Below are positions 18,956-28,533 of a stretch of 56,057 bases of DNA, in pieces. The notes under the pieces were generated by a model. The model was given only the letters and a program-made list of their open reading frames with translations, ran no database searches and had not been told where the DNA came from. The stretch is from Candidatus Caldarchaeales archaeon (GTDB lineage: Archaea; Thermoproteota; Nitrososphaeria_A; Caldarchaeales; Wolframiiraptoraceae): positions 1-56,057 of the forward strand of contig JBCNVN010000003.1 of the NCBI GenBank assembly GCA_039630055.1, read 5' to 3'. The translations under genes were made by a program, and so were the position numbers. How positions within the stretch are numbered: the first letter of the stretch is position 1; each line of letters begins with the position of its first letter.

Positions 18956-19168
18956 TTAATCAGTTGCTTCTGGAACTTTTACTCTTGTTTCTCCTCCGAA
19001 TGATACCCATTCAACTTTTCCTTCACTAACAAGCATGTTGACAGCCTTATCTACAATCTTCTTATCTAGTTTTAATGTTCTAGCAATATCTTTATTTGTA
19101 ACCGACCTTTTCACTTTCTTCAAGTATTCTAGAATCTGCTGCTTAACCGTTTCAGTAACCTCCGACAT
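18956..19168 (-). CDS. DsrD-like winged-helix protein
   Basis: 70 aa, first gene downstream of dsrB; KQQILEYL...AVNMLVSEGKVEWVSFGGET parallels DsrD but lacks its YWSSGST signature; GAGGT SD. Confidence 0.6.
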   Translation of the reverse strand: MSEVTETVKQQILEYLKKVKRSVTNKDIARTLKLDKKIVDKAVNMLVSEGKVEWVSFGGETRVKVPEATD

Positions 19169-19411
19169 CCCTACCTCAAATTTTAATCTTTAATTCTAGT
19201 TGAAAAGCATTATCTTCATTTAATTAAAGGAGGGTCTGTATCTGATATACTATTCCCTTATACGATGTCAAACGAAAACACATAGAATTATATCCTATAT
19301 ACCGTCAGCCCTATCATAGTATATCGTAAAATTCTATTATGATAAAAATTTGAGAGATAAGGGATCTCTTTCTATCTTTCTATTCTATTTATCCAATTTA
19401 TTGTCGAATGT

Positions 19412-20485
19412 TTATCTCCATTTAAACAGTGTCGTTGTTCTAAATGTCGGTAGTGAGAATATGTAGTCGTCAATGTGTTTTTCTGTGAAAGGTATACCTG
19501 TCAACGTAAAGAATCTCTCCCACCCTATCCTCCTTATCCAGTCCCCTATCCTCTCACCTTTCTTGGCATACTTGATCCATGTATCTATCACTTGTCTAGC
19601 AGCTTTGACTGCCTCTGGCCATCTTGGAGGATTATTCGGAAGATATGGGATGGCTAATCTCGAGAATTCAGGAGGCCCTCCAGCGACAGCGTTTCCTCCA
19701 ACCCACATGGATAGACAATCGTATTTTGGATTGTGTATGAACATCCCTGGGCAGACAGTATAGCAGTTTCCACAGTACATACATCTCTCCTCGTTGACTA
19801 TAACAGACTTCTTCTCTGGAGCGGGTCTAATGGCTCCCGTTGGACAGCTAGCGACAAGTGTTGGTATCTCACAGAGTCTACTAACGATGTCATCCATCAC
19901 TATTGGAGGCTTCCTATGCATCCCTACAAATGCCAGGTCAGAGCAATGTACTGCGCCACACATATTGAGGCAGCAGGCCACCGCTATCTTAAGCTTTCCA
20001 GGGAGATCGTCTCTGATAAAGTATTCGTATAGTTCATCGTAGAGAGCCTTGGAAAGCCCTGGAGCATCTATTATCGCTGTGTGACAGTGAACCCAACCTT
20101 GGGCACTTATTATAGCCTTCAGAGATCTACCTGTACCGCCTACAGGCCAACCCCTCTCTTTCAATTCTTTAAGCAATCCTTCAAGTTTATTCTTATCTGT
20201 GACTATGAATTCTACATTGTGTCTACTTGTGAACTTTACGTATCCATCAGAGTATTTGTCAGCGATGTCACATAGCTCTCTAACAAAGTAGACGCTGACG
20301 ATCTTGGGTATTCCAGCTCTAACCATATAGACCTCATCTCCATCCATAGATACATGTTTAATTATTCCTGGCCCTACATATTCATGGTATTTCCATTTGC
20401 CGTAATTCTTGAGTAATGCTGGATGAAGCATCTCTCTATAGTGGGGTGGCCCGATATCTGTTACAATTTTTCTCTCTGTAGACAT
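19412..20485 (-). CDS. dsrB: Dissimilatory sulfite reductase beta subunit
   Basis: TDIGPPHY, NYGKWKYHE, TSRHNVEF, QGWVHCHT, ACCLNMCGAVHCSD, CMYCGNCY and PNNPPRWPE. Confidence 0.98.
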   Translation of the reverse strand: MSTERKIVTDIGPPHYREMLHPALLKNYGKWKYHEYVGPGIIKHVSMDGDEVYMVRAGIPKIVSVYFVRELCDIADKYSDGYVKFTSRHNVEFIVTDKNKLEGLLKELKERGWPVGGTGRSLKAIISAQGWVHCHTAIIDAPGLSKALYDELYEYFIRDDLPGKLKIAVACCLNMCGAVHCSDLAFVGMHRKPPIVMDDIVSRLCEIPTLVASCPTGAIRPAPEKKSVIVNEERCMYCGNCYTVCPGMFIHNPKYDCLSMWVGGNAVAGGPPEFSRLAIPYLPNNPPRWPEAVKAARQVIDTWIKYAKKGERIGDWIRRIGWERFFTLTGIPFTEKHIDDYIFSLPTFRTTTLFKWR

Positions 20486-20489
20486 ATCT

Positions 20490-21668
20490 TCACTTCACCC
20501 CCTCGAGTTCTTCAGGATTCCAGAAGAAGTATGGATTAGCTCTAGGAGCGTAAACCATCTGCGGCATCGGTGGTTGACCGATACTTTTCAAGAAATTCCT
20601 CATCCCAACCCTATATACCAGCTCTCCCACCCTCTCTCTCGGCTTAGCATTTTCATCCCACCAATCAAGGATCTTCCTCGTCAATTCTTTTAGTTCTGTG
20701 TATGGTTTATCGGCTTTCATAAATGGTACTATGACCCATCCGAGGAAAGCTCCTTGAAGTATTGTAGCTTTTCCTCCGAGGAGAACCGATACTCCTCTGT
20801 CATCTCCGGGGAGAATAGCTTTTGGAAGAGCTGATAGACACCTCATACATCTAGTGCAGTCTTCTGGTATGACTCTTAACTCTTTACCATCCCATTCGAG
20901 GGCTTGGGGAGGGCATCTCGCCGCTACAGTAGCTATATTGACACCTTTCTTAGCATACTCTCTAACAGCTTCTTGATCTATCTTTATCGAGTCTCTCCAT
21001 GTTCCTATAATTGCTAAGTCTGCACGTGCTAGAGCTGCAACACAATCATTTGGACATCCAGCGATCTTAATCTTGAATTTGTATGGAAATCTAGGTCTAT
21101 GTATCTCGTCTTGGAGCTCCATAGTCATCTCCTGGTATATGTCGAGAGTGTCGATGCATGTCCATTGGCAGAATGCTGGCCCACCGCAACAGCTTAGGCT
21201 TCTTACATCTCCTCCTGAGCCTCCTAGGTCGAATCCAATAGAGAGTAGATCTTCAAAGCATGGTTGTAAGCTGGCTGTTTGAGCTCCTAAGAGAATGATG
21301 TCTCCTGTTGAGCCGTGAAGGTTCATAAATCCTGATCCATGCTTCTCCCACACATCGCAAAGCTTTCTAAGTGCCTTAGTTGAATAAAACCATCCGGCGG
21401 GCTCTGCAACTCTAACTGTATGAACTTCAGGGGTAGGCATATCACTGGTGGGAAGGTCACTGTATCTGCCGATTACTCCAGCTCCATAACCTCTTACACC
21501 AACTATACCTCCATGCTTCCAGTGGGTTACCCTCTCCAAGTAGGATCTTTCAAGCTGTAGTAGGATATTCTTTGAGTAGGGTTTTATATCTGCCATCCGT
21601 TTTAACTCCTTTATAAAGCTGGGCCACGGCCCCTTATCTAGTTCATCTAGGAGAGGTGTCTCAGACAT
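20490..21668 (-). CDS. dsrA: Dissimilatory sulfite reductase alpha subunit
   Basis: TPLLDELDKGPWPSF, HWKHGGIVGVRGYG, HTVRV, HGSTGDI, CX5C (CGGPAFC), FPYKFKIK and GCPNDC. Confidence 0.98.
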   Translation of the reverse strand: MSETPLLDELDKGPWPSFIKELKRMADIKPYSKNILLQLERSYLERVTHWKHGGIVGVRGYGAGVIGRYSDLPTSDMPTPEVHTVRVAEPAGWFYSTKALRKLCDVWEKHGSGFMNLHGSTGDIILLGAQTASLQPCFEDLLSIGFDLGGSGGDVRSLSCCGGPAFCQWTCIDTLDIYQEMTMELQDEIHRPRFPYKFKIKIAGCPNDCVAALARADLAIIGTWRDSIKIDQEAVREYAKKGVNIATVAARCPPQALEWDGKELRVIPEDCTRCMRCLSALPKAILPGDDRGVSVLLGGKATILQGAFLGWVIVPFMKADKPYTELKELTRKILDWWDENAKPRERVGELVYRVGMRNFLKSIGQPPMPQMVYAPRANPYFFWNPEELEGVK

Positions 21669-21762
21669 ATCTTACTCATTTATATACTATTGAGTCAGAA
21701 ATATATATTCTTTATTATTGAAAAATTCACAATGAATAAAATGAATGGAGAAATTATAACTA

Positions 21763-21777
21763 TATAACAATGTTATA
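21763..21777. promoter_or_regulatory. Perfect 7-1-7 palindrome TATAACA-A-TGTTATA upstream of dsrA (candidate operator)
   Basis: The same palindrome with centre C recurs at 54692-54706. Confidence 0.35.
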
Positions 21778-21957
21778 AGATTTATACCATAAATAAAGTT
21801 TGACGTTGCTCATCATAAAAATTGGTTATGAAGCTAAAGGATGATCCTCATCATCTATCCAGTTTATAAATCTACATATATTCCGGTACTATTCTTGTTA
21901 AAGTTATCTAAAAGTAGTCTCCAAAATATTTTTAGAGGTTTCGATCCACTATAAGTT

Positions 21958-23343
21958 TCAATAGACTAATGCATTTGCGACTATCTCACTTAAACCTGAT
22001 ACTTTAATATTCGAGTTATAATAGCTAATTACGTCTAGGAACTGTCTCTTACAGTTTGCGCAGATGGTTACCAATGTTGAGGCACCAGTATTCTGAACCT
22101 GCTGTAATTTTAGTCTTCCATAAGTCTTCATTCTAAAGTCTAGGAAATTATATTTATTCATAAGTGCGAATCCGCTACCTCCACCGCAACAATAATTGTA
22201 CTCTCTGTTCGGATACATCTCTCTGAAATCTCTACATGAGGCAGCGATTACTCTACGGGGTTCATCATATATTCCTCCACATCTTCCTATCTTGCATGAA
22301 TCATGGAATGTTACCGGCTCGACATTCTTGTTTTTATCAAGTTTTAGCTTACCCTCTCTCAACAGCTTATCATATAGTTCAACTATGTGTATCACCTTGA
22401 ATGGTCTCTCCTCAGGTGGTATGAGATCTTTTATTATGTGTCCTAGAACGTCATATGCGTGTCCACATTCTCCTACAACGACATATTCTGGCTTAAGCTT
22501 ATTAATAGTATCTAGATGTGCTCTAATCACTCTCATCAAGTCTTTATCACTATAGAATAGCCCATAGTTGACGTTGTCGAATACTCCTGTTCTAGGAGAA
22601 TTGAATGTCCAATCTTCATTAACGTAATTCATTATCTCAACTATTCCTCTAATAGTATCGAGAAAGGATAGATAGTCTCCCGCATTATTTATTATCAGAT
22701 ACTTTGCACCAACTTTATCAATTGGAATCTCCACATTTACATTCTTTCTATTCTCTTCAATCTCGCTTTTTACAAAATCTAGAATATTGACCAGGGCTTC
22801 ATAGGTTATCTTTGGAGCGTTACCATATTTTAGTATGTTCTCTACACCTTCCTCTTTTAATTCATCTGGAACTATACCTATTTCTGCTAATATCTTTCTT
22901 GCTTCTCTCATAATCAGCCCATTGTCTAGACCGAATGGACATGCTAAGACGCATCTTCTACAGATAGTACACCTATAGGCTGCCTCGGATATAGCATTGA
23001 TATCTCTTTCTGTAGCTTCAGCAGCGCCTACCAGTCTACCGAAGATCTTTCCACTCAATGTAAAGTGTTTCTTATAGATCCTTCTTAGCATATCAGACCT
23101 GTAGACTGGGCTATAGATCCTTTCTCTCCCACTTCCAATATAGACTGGGCATGCCTCGGCGCATGTACCACAATGTGTGCAAGCTTCCAGGCTTAATTTT
23201 AGTGGAAGTAAGAATGGCCAGTTATTCTCTTTGGTAAGCATTTCTCTGAATGCTTTAAGAAATCTTTCAACCTTCGGCTCGTTTGGACGGATCTTTGCAT
23301 CAGATATACATCTATAATCATCGAATAACTTTTCTACCTTCAT
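21958..23343 (-). CDS. dsrK: DsrK-like Fe-S/CCG (HdrD-like) protein, copy upstream of dsrA
   Basis: CTHCGTCAEACP, CTICRRCVLACP, GECGH, FHDSC, CCGGGSG, ICANCK; ATGA-coupled to a DsrM-like gene. Confidence 0.85.
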   Translation of the reverse strand: MKVEKLFDDYRCISDAKIRPNEPKVERFLKAFREMLTKENNWPFLLPLKLSLEACTHCGTCAEACPVYIGSGRERIYSPVYRSDMLRRIYKKHFTLSGKIFGRLVGAAEATERDINAISEAAYRCTICRRCVLACPFGLDNGLIMREARKILAEIGIVPDELKEEGVENILKYGNAPKITYEALVNILDFVKSEIEENRKNVNVEIPIDKVGAKYLIINNAGDYLSFLDTIRGIVEIMNYVNEDWTFNSPRTGVFDNVNYGLFYSDKDLMRVIRAHLDTINKLKPEYVVVGECGHAYDVLGHIIKDLIPPEERPFKVIHIVELYDKLLREGKLKLDKNKNVEPVTFHDSCKIGRCGGIYDEPRRVIAASCRDFREMYPNREYNYCCGGGSGFALMNKYNFLDFRMKTYGRLKLQQVQNTGASTLVTICANCKRQFLDVISYYNSNIKVSGLSEIVANALVY

Positions 23344-24041
23344 TTACTCATCCCTCCATGTCTCTGGTCAAGAATTATTTTTTGACCGTAAAATATCGAT
23401 ATTGGATGTATAAGGGTCTTAAAAGGTAGATACATCATGTAAATCTGTGCAAAGAGTATGTGAACCAAAAATATAATATCAGCTGGAGGTAAGACTGGAT
23501 TTAAGCTTAAGATCCCCTGAACCCATGCCCATACTTGAGCAGAATCCACTAACTTAAACATTCGAATATATTGACCGAGAAATAGTGTTATAATAAGTAG
23601 TGCTAGAGCGAAGTAATCTGTAAAATAAGATTCAGCTCTTTTGTCTTTGAGCCTTCTCAAGAGGAAACCGATAGATCCGATAGCTGCAGAGAATCCTGCG
23701 ACCGTGCCTATCTCATATTCTAGAGCTACATGAGGTAGGAAAACGTATTTGGCATGTAGTGAGAGGCTTATAATCAATCCAATATGAAACATCCACGTTA
23801 ACGTAAAAATCAACTTATCAAATTTCCTTGGACCGGGTAATGAGAAAATCCTCAAACCAATTGTAAGTAGTATGCTTGTACGGGTTTTTTTAGCTGGGAA
23901 GACAGCCCACATTATCGGCTTGGGTAAAAACATCCACTTAAAGAAATTGTATGCCAATGCTACTATGAACATTATTAAAGTAAGATAGGGCAATACCACT
24001 CCTATAGTACTCACAATAAGATCAGTCAACTTATAAGACAC
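23340..24041 (-). CDS. dsrM: DsrM-like (NarI family) diheme cytochrome b, copy upstream of dsrA
   Basis: Multiple TM helices with two His pairs (FHIGLIISLSLH; VHILFAQIYMMYLPFKTLIH). Confidence 0.85.
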   Translation of the reverse strand: MSYKLTDLIVSTIGVVLPYLTLIMFIVALAYNFFKWMFLPKPIMWAVFPAKKTRTSILLTIGLRIFSLPGPRKFDKLIFTLTWMFHIGLIISLSLHAKYVFLPHVALEYEIGTVAGFSAAIGSIGFLLRRLKDKRAESYFTDYFALALLIITLFLGQYIRMFKLVDSAQVWAWVQGILSLNPVLPPADIIFLVHILFAQIYMMYLPFKTLIHPISIFYGQKIILDQRHGGMSK

Positions 24042-24098
24042 CTTATATAGTGGTAGTAAACTTATATTTTAACATATTTTCGCTACTCTAATCTTTGA

Positions 24099-24845
24099 CT
24101 ATTCTTCTAACCATTTAAGCCTCCTTCCCAACGAGGCTACTCTTCCAAAGACTAATACCGCCGGAGCCTTAACATTATTCTCTCTAGCAATTTCAATGAT
24201 ATTATCAAGTTCAGAGATAAATACTCTCTGATCTCTAAGTGTTGCATTCTCTATTATGGCCACAGGTGTTTCTCGGTGAAGACCCGTCTTTAAAGCTGCT
24301 TCTACTATCTTCTCAAAGTTCGAAACCCCCATCAAAACAATTACAGTATCCACAGATTTGAATATCTTCTCCAAGTACTCCATCTCTCCAGATTCATTAA
24401 ATCCCTCTCTCCTATGACCTGTAACTATCGCAACGGATGATGAATAGTCTCTATGGGTTATGGGGATGCCTGCATAAGCTGGAGCAGCAAGAGCTGAAGA
24501 TACCCCTGGAATTATCTCATATCGTATTCCAGCCTGTTTAAGGACTTCACATTCTTCTCCACCTCTAGCGAATAACATAGGATCACCATTCTTCAACCTA
24601 ACGACCTTATCATATTTCTGAGCCTTCTCGATCATAAGCTTGTTTATCTCTTCTTGCTTCCAGCTCTCACCCATCTTTTTACCAACACAGATCAATTCTT
24701 TAGCATTTACAGCGAATTTTAATATCATCTCATCTATAAGCCTATCATATATTACGATGTCAGCCTTCTCCAAAACCTTCAAACCTTTTAGAGTTATTAA
24801 TTCGGGGTCTCCGGGACCTGCACCAACGAGATATACTTTGCCCAC
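24099..24845 (-). CDS. cobA: Uroporphyrinogen-III C-methyltransferase (siroheme synthesis)
   Basis: GKVYLVGAGPGDPELITLKG, VVRLKNGDP, RGGEE, IPGVSS and GIPITHR. Confidence 0.96.
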   Translation of the reverse strand: MGKVYLVGAGPGDPELITLKGLKVLEKADIVIYDRLIDEMILKFAVNAKELICVGKKMGESWKQEEINKLMIEKAQKYDKVVRLKNGDPMLFARGGEECEVLKQAGIRYEIIPGVSSALAAPAYAGIPITHRDYSSSVAIVTGHRREGFNESGEMEYLEKIFKSVDTVIVLMGVSNFEKIVEAALKTGLHRETPVAIIENATLRDQRVFISELDNIIEIARENNVKAPAVLVFGRVASLGRRLKWLEE

Positions 24846-25038
24846 GACCTAATTCCACTAACACTTAAAACTACATGCTTTGATATATAGTCTTAAGAGC
24901 TTATGAGAACTTTCACAAAATCTAATCCACATGCCTGGAGAACCTATTATTTGACATTTTGATCTTATTAAACCTTCATTAAGGAGTAGAAAAATCAATC
25001 TTTTTAAGCATTCCTTACAAAAATTCAATGGACGTTCC

Positions 25039-25719
25039 ATGAGGATGCCATTCTTTATAGAGATGTCCAATAAGAGGATCTTGATAATTGGTGGAGGCGA
25101 CGAAGGTTTTAGAAGAGCTGAGAAGTATTGTAAGACTGGAGCGGAGATAATAGTCTATAGTAAAAGTTTTGATGATGGTTTGATGAAGCTATCAAGCGAT
25201 AATAGAGTAAAACTGGTTGTAGGAGATGTAGAAGATGAAGAAAGATTAGAAAGGTTGATTGAAGATGTAGATATAGTGATGGTCGCTCTAGATGAGAAGA
25301 ACTACAACTATAAGATCGAGAAACTTGCTAGGAGACATCGTAGATTACTAAACCTTGCCAATGATGCCGAAGAGACTGAGGTAGTAGTACCAATAGATTC
25401 CAAGATAGGCTCTATCAGGATCGCTTTAACCACAGAGGGTAAGAGTAGCATGGTTGCGAGAGAAGCTCTGGATAAGATAACAAAATTCTTAGAAGGAGAA
25501 CGTGAACTATTAGATTTGGCAGAGATAATGTATAAAGTAAAAAGGATAGTAAGAAAAAATATACCAGATTATAAGAAACGATTTGAGATATATAGGAAAA
25601 TCTTCAACAATGCTTCACTGAGAGAAGCTCTCAGGTCTGGAGATCATAGGAGAGCTGTAGAGATATACTCTAAAATCTTGATGGATGAAGGTTTAGACCC
25701 TGGAGAGGTCAAAGTTTGA
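25039..25719 (+). CDS. Precorrin-2 dehydrogenase / sirohydrochlorin ferrochelatase (SirC/Met8p/CysG-N type)
   Basis: MPFFIEM..KRILIIGGG Rossmann motif, LNLAND, IALTTEGKS; divergent from cobA. Confidence 0.9.
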   Translation: MRMPFFIEMSNKRILIIGGGDEGFRRAEKYCKTGAEIIVYSKSFDDGLMKLSSDNRVKLVVGDVEDEERLERLIEDVDIVMVALDEKNYNYKIEKLARRHRRLLNLANDAEETEVVVPIDSKIGSIRIALTTEGKSSMVAREALDKITKFLEGERELLDLAEIMYKVKRIVRKNIPDYKKRFEIYRKIFNNASLREALRSGDHRRAVEIYSKILMDEGLDPGEVKV

Positions 25720-27095
25720 TCAACCCTCGAAGGATAATTATCTCGAGTGTTAGTGGAAAGTCTGGTAAGACGGTTATAACGACGGCGATAATCAAGAAGC
25801 TTGAAGAGCGAGGGTACAAGGTTCAACCATTCAAGGTTGGACCAGACTTCATAGACCCCTCTTATCATAACAAATTTTCAAGTAAACCTTCACGAAACCT
25901 AGACTCCATCATCATGAAGAGAGAAGTTCTATTATCATCTTTTACAAGATCGATGAAAGATGCAGACATAGGTGTAGTTGAAGGTGTCTTCGGGCTCTAT
26001 GATAGTATGGATGGGGTGTCCGAGAACGGTAGTACAGCTCAACTCGCCAAGATCCTCAAAGCTCCTGTGATTTTAATCGTAAACGCCGAGAGGATAAACC
26101 GAGGATTATTAGCGATAATAAAAGGTTTTAGAGAGTTTGACAGAGAGGTCAAGCTCAAAGGCTTAATCATAAACAACATAGGAAGCGAGAGGCAGAGGGA
26201 AAAGATTGTAAAGACAGTTCGAGAACATTTTAAAGATCTGGAGATTGTTGGAGCAGTCTATAGGAGTGAGCTCGTTGAAGAGAAGATGAAGTACAGGCAT
26301 CTAGGTTTGATACCGATGGATGAGAGGGCTATGGAACTTCATGATATAAGAGAGGCCATAAATCAAGTAGCAGAACAGATCGATATAGATAAAATAATTG
26401 ATATTGCATCTCAAGTTGAAGAACTTCCAGAGTCGACCGAAAATCCATTAAATATCCACTTCAATATAAGGATAGGTATAATGAAAGATAGTGTATTCTC
26501 ATTTTACTATCCTGAAAATCTTGAATACCTCCAACAACTATCAGAGAAGATATATTACGTAAACTCTATAGAGGATGAGGTCCTCCCCGATATCGACCTA
26601 CTCTATATTGGAGGTGGATTTCCAGAGGTTTATGCAAGTCTACTTGAGAAGAACAAACCATTAAAGAGAGATATAAAAAGTAAGTTTGAGAAAGGTCTGA
26701 AGATCTATGCTGAATGTGGAGGGCTCATGTATCTTTCAGATAAGATCAAGACGTTTAATGGAGAAGATTATGAAATGGTTGGGCTGATTAGGGGTGATGT
26801 CGAGATGTTTAGAAGACCTATCGGTCATGGATACGTCTATCTTAAAGCAATTAGAGACAATCCACTAGTACGAGTAAATAATAGTATCATAGGACATGAA
26901 TTCCATCACTCTCGAATACACTTGAAAGAGAAAGTAGATTTCGCTTTCCATGTCACTAGAGGATATTGTATAGATGGGGTACATGATGGTATACTTACCG
27001 ATAGAATTCTAGCCATGTATACACATATCCATTTCCTCCATGATGATCAGCTTGTTTCTAACATCCTTAGATGGGTAGAGAAAGATCAGAGATAA
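25716..27095 (+). CDS. dsrN: Siroheme a-amide synthase DsrN (cobyrinate a,c-diamide synthase family)
   Basis: SGKT, FKVGPDFIDP, VEGVFGLYD, RHLGL, FYYPEN, YAECGGLMYL, GHEFHHS. Called dsrN rather than cbiA from the dsr/siroheme context and the lack of other cobalamin genes nearby. Confidence 0.85.
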   Translation: MINPRRIIISSVSGKSGKTVITTAIIKKLEERGYKVQPFKVGPDFIDPSYHNKFSSKPSRNLDSIIMKREVLLSSFTRSMKDADIGVVEGVFGLYDSMDGVSENGSTAQLAKILKAPVILIVNAERINRGLLAIIKGFREFDREVKLKGLIINNIGSERQREKIVKTVREHFKDLEIVGAVYRSELVEEKMKYRHLGLIPMDERAMELHDIREAINQVAEQIDIDKIIDIASQVEELPESTENPLNIHFNIRIGIMKDSVFSFYYPENLEYLQQLSEKIYYVNSIEDEVLPDIDLLYIGGGFPEVYASLLEKNKPLKRDIKSKFEKGLKIYAECGGLMYLSDKIKTFNGEDYEMVGLIRGDVEMFRRPIGHGYVYLKAIRDNPLVRVNNSIIGHEFHHSRIHLKEKVDFAFHVTRGYCIDGVHDGILTDRILAMYTHIHFLHDDQLVSNILRWVEKDQR

Positions 27096-27904
27096 CCTAC
27101 TCCTCTCAGAAAATCTAGTATCTCTCTATTAACTATGTCTGATGCTTCAAGAAGAAAATAATGTCCATATCCTTCGAGTATGATAAGCTTGGAGTTCTTT
27201 ATCATCTGGTTAGCTCTCTTGACATAGCTTAACGGTACTCGATCGTCTCTATCACCAGCCATTATAAGTGTCGGAACCTTAACCTCTTCCAACCTCTTGG
27301 ATATATCGAACTTACTAATAGTCTTAACCAGATTCAGATAATCTCTTCTCCTATTCTCAGTTAAGTCTTTTATCGCCCACTCTTTAACCTCTTTTGGAGT
27401 GTTTGGATGGAAGGTTCTCTCTATCTCCCTTCTTACAAGTTCTTCATAATTAGAAGTCTCGAATCCCTCGAAATCTGCAAAATTCATAAACATCGTTAAC
27501 ATCTCCCTCCAAACTCTAAGATATGCTTCAAAAAGCATTTTAGGTCTCTTAAATAATCTGCTAGCAAGGATTACAAGAGCCTTAACTCTTTCTGGATGAG
27601 TAAGATAGTATTGTGTAGCTATCATTCCACCCATTGACCATCCTATGATAGCCACTTCCTTTACATTTAGATGATTTAGAAGATAATCTAGATCATCTGA
27701 AAGATCTTCAATCTTTACTGGCTTCTCAAGCCCGATAGACTTCCCATGTCCTCGAACATCTAGAGTGATCACTTTATAATATTTTGAGAATTCTGGGACC
27801 TGCATTCTCCACCATTCGTGGGAGGCCCAAGCGCCATGTATCAATACTAGGGGCCTACCTTCACCCACCACTTCATAATAGATACCATTATCTAATATCG
27901 GCAT
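27086..27904 (-). CDS. Alpha/beta-fold hydrolase
   Basis: LIHG, DVRGHG, nucleophile elbow GWSMG, GDRD and GH catalytic His. Confidence 0.92.
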   Translation of the reverse strand: MPILDNGIYYEVVGEGRPLVLIHGAWASHEWWRMQVPEFSKYYKVITLDVRGHGKSIGLEKPVKIEDLSDDLDYLLNHLNVKEVAIIGWSMGGMIATQYYLTHPERVKALVILASRLFKRPKMLFEAYLRVWREMLTMFMNFADFEGFETSNYEELVRREIERTFHPNTPKEVKEWAIKDLTENRRRDYLNLVKTISKFDISKRLEEVKVPTLIMAGDRDDRVPLSYVKRANQMIKNSKLIILEGYGHYFLLEASDIVNREILDFLRGVGYL

Positions 27905-28143
27905 CAGTTTAAACCTTTAGAAGGGTCAAATTAAAGTATACGTCAAGTTCAAAACATGTTTTAGAAAACTTTATATAGCTACTGCTTTCAGAGTCTCAGC
28001 CTATATTCTTCTGAACAATAAATTATTCCTTCTACCTCCAACTTACTAGTTGGTCTAAACATCTACATATTTTATTTTGATTTTTACACCTAAAAAATTA
28101 TATACCGGCATCAAAAATTATAAGATACTGTAGGTGATGGTTA

Positions 28144-28464
28144 ATGCCGTATGTAGAATTTAAAGGTCAGAAACTAGAGGTTGATGAAGATGGTTTCCTA
28201 CAGGAACCTGATAAATGGAGCCCTGAGGTAGCCGAATTTTTCGCAAAACATTTCGAGAATGTGGAAAGTCTTACAGATGAACACTGGAAAGTAATAAATT
28301 ATTTAAGAGAGTATTGGCTTAAGTATGGGGTTGCACCACCGATAAGGATGCTCATTAAACAGACCGGCTTCTCTCTCCAGAAGATCTATCAACTCTTTCC
28401 TTCAGGCCCTGCTAAGGGAGCATGTAAAGTCGCCGGGTTACCGAAGCCAACCGGATGTGTCTAA
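28144..28464 (+). CDS. dsrC: DsrC with both conserved C-terminal cysteines
   Basis: VDEDGFL, LTDEHW, APPIRML and LFPSGPAKGACKVAGLPKPTGCV; GGTGA SD. Confidence 0.97.
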   Translation: MPYVEFKGQKLEVDEDGFLQEPDKWSPEVAEFFAKHFENVESLTDEHWKVINYLREYWLKYGVAPPIRMLIKQTGFSLQKIYQLFPSGPAKGACKVAGLPKPTGCV

Positions 28465-28533
28465 TCAGATAGAAAGCCAGAGATCTAGTGTCTTCCACTG
28501 ATTTAAAATAATACTGATTTAGGGTGAAGATTA

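Noticed and set aside
24858-25070. 70-aa Cys-containing ORF between cobA and sirC
   Set aside because: It spans the AT-rich divergent promoter region and overlaps the sirC start; no family resemblance.
25716-27095. Cobalamin pathway (cbiA/cobB) interpretation
   Set aside because: No other cbi/cob ring-modification genes are nearby; the siroheme and dsr context favours DsrN.
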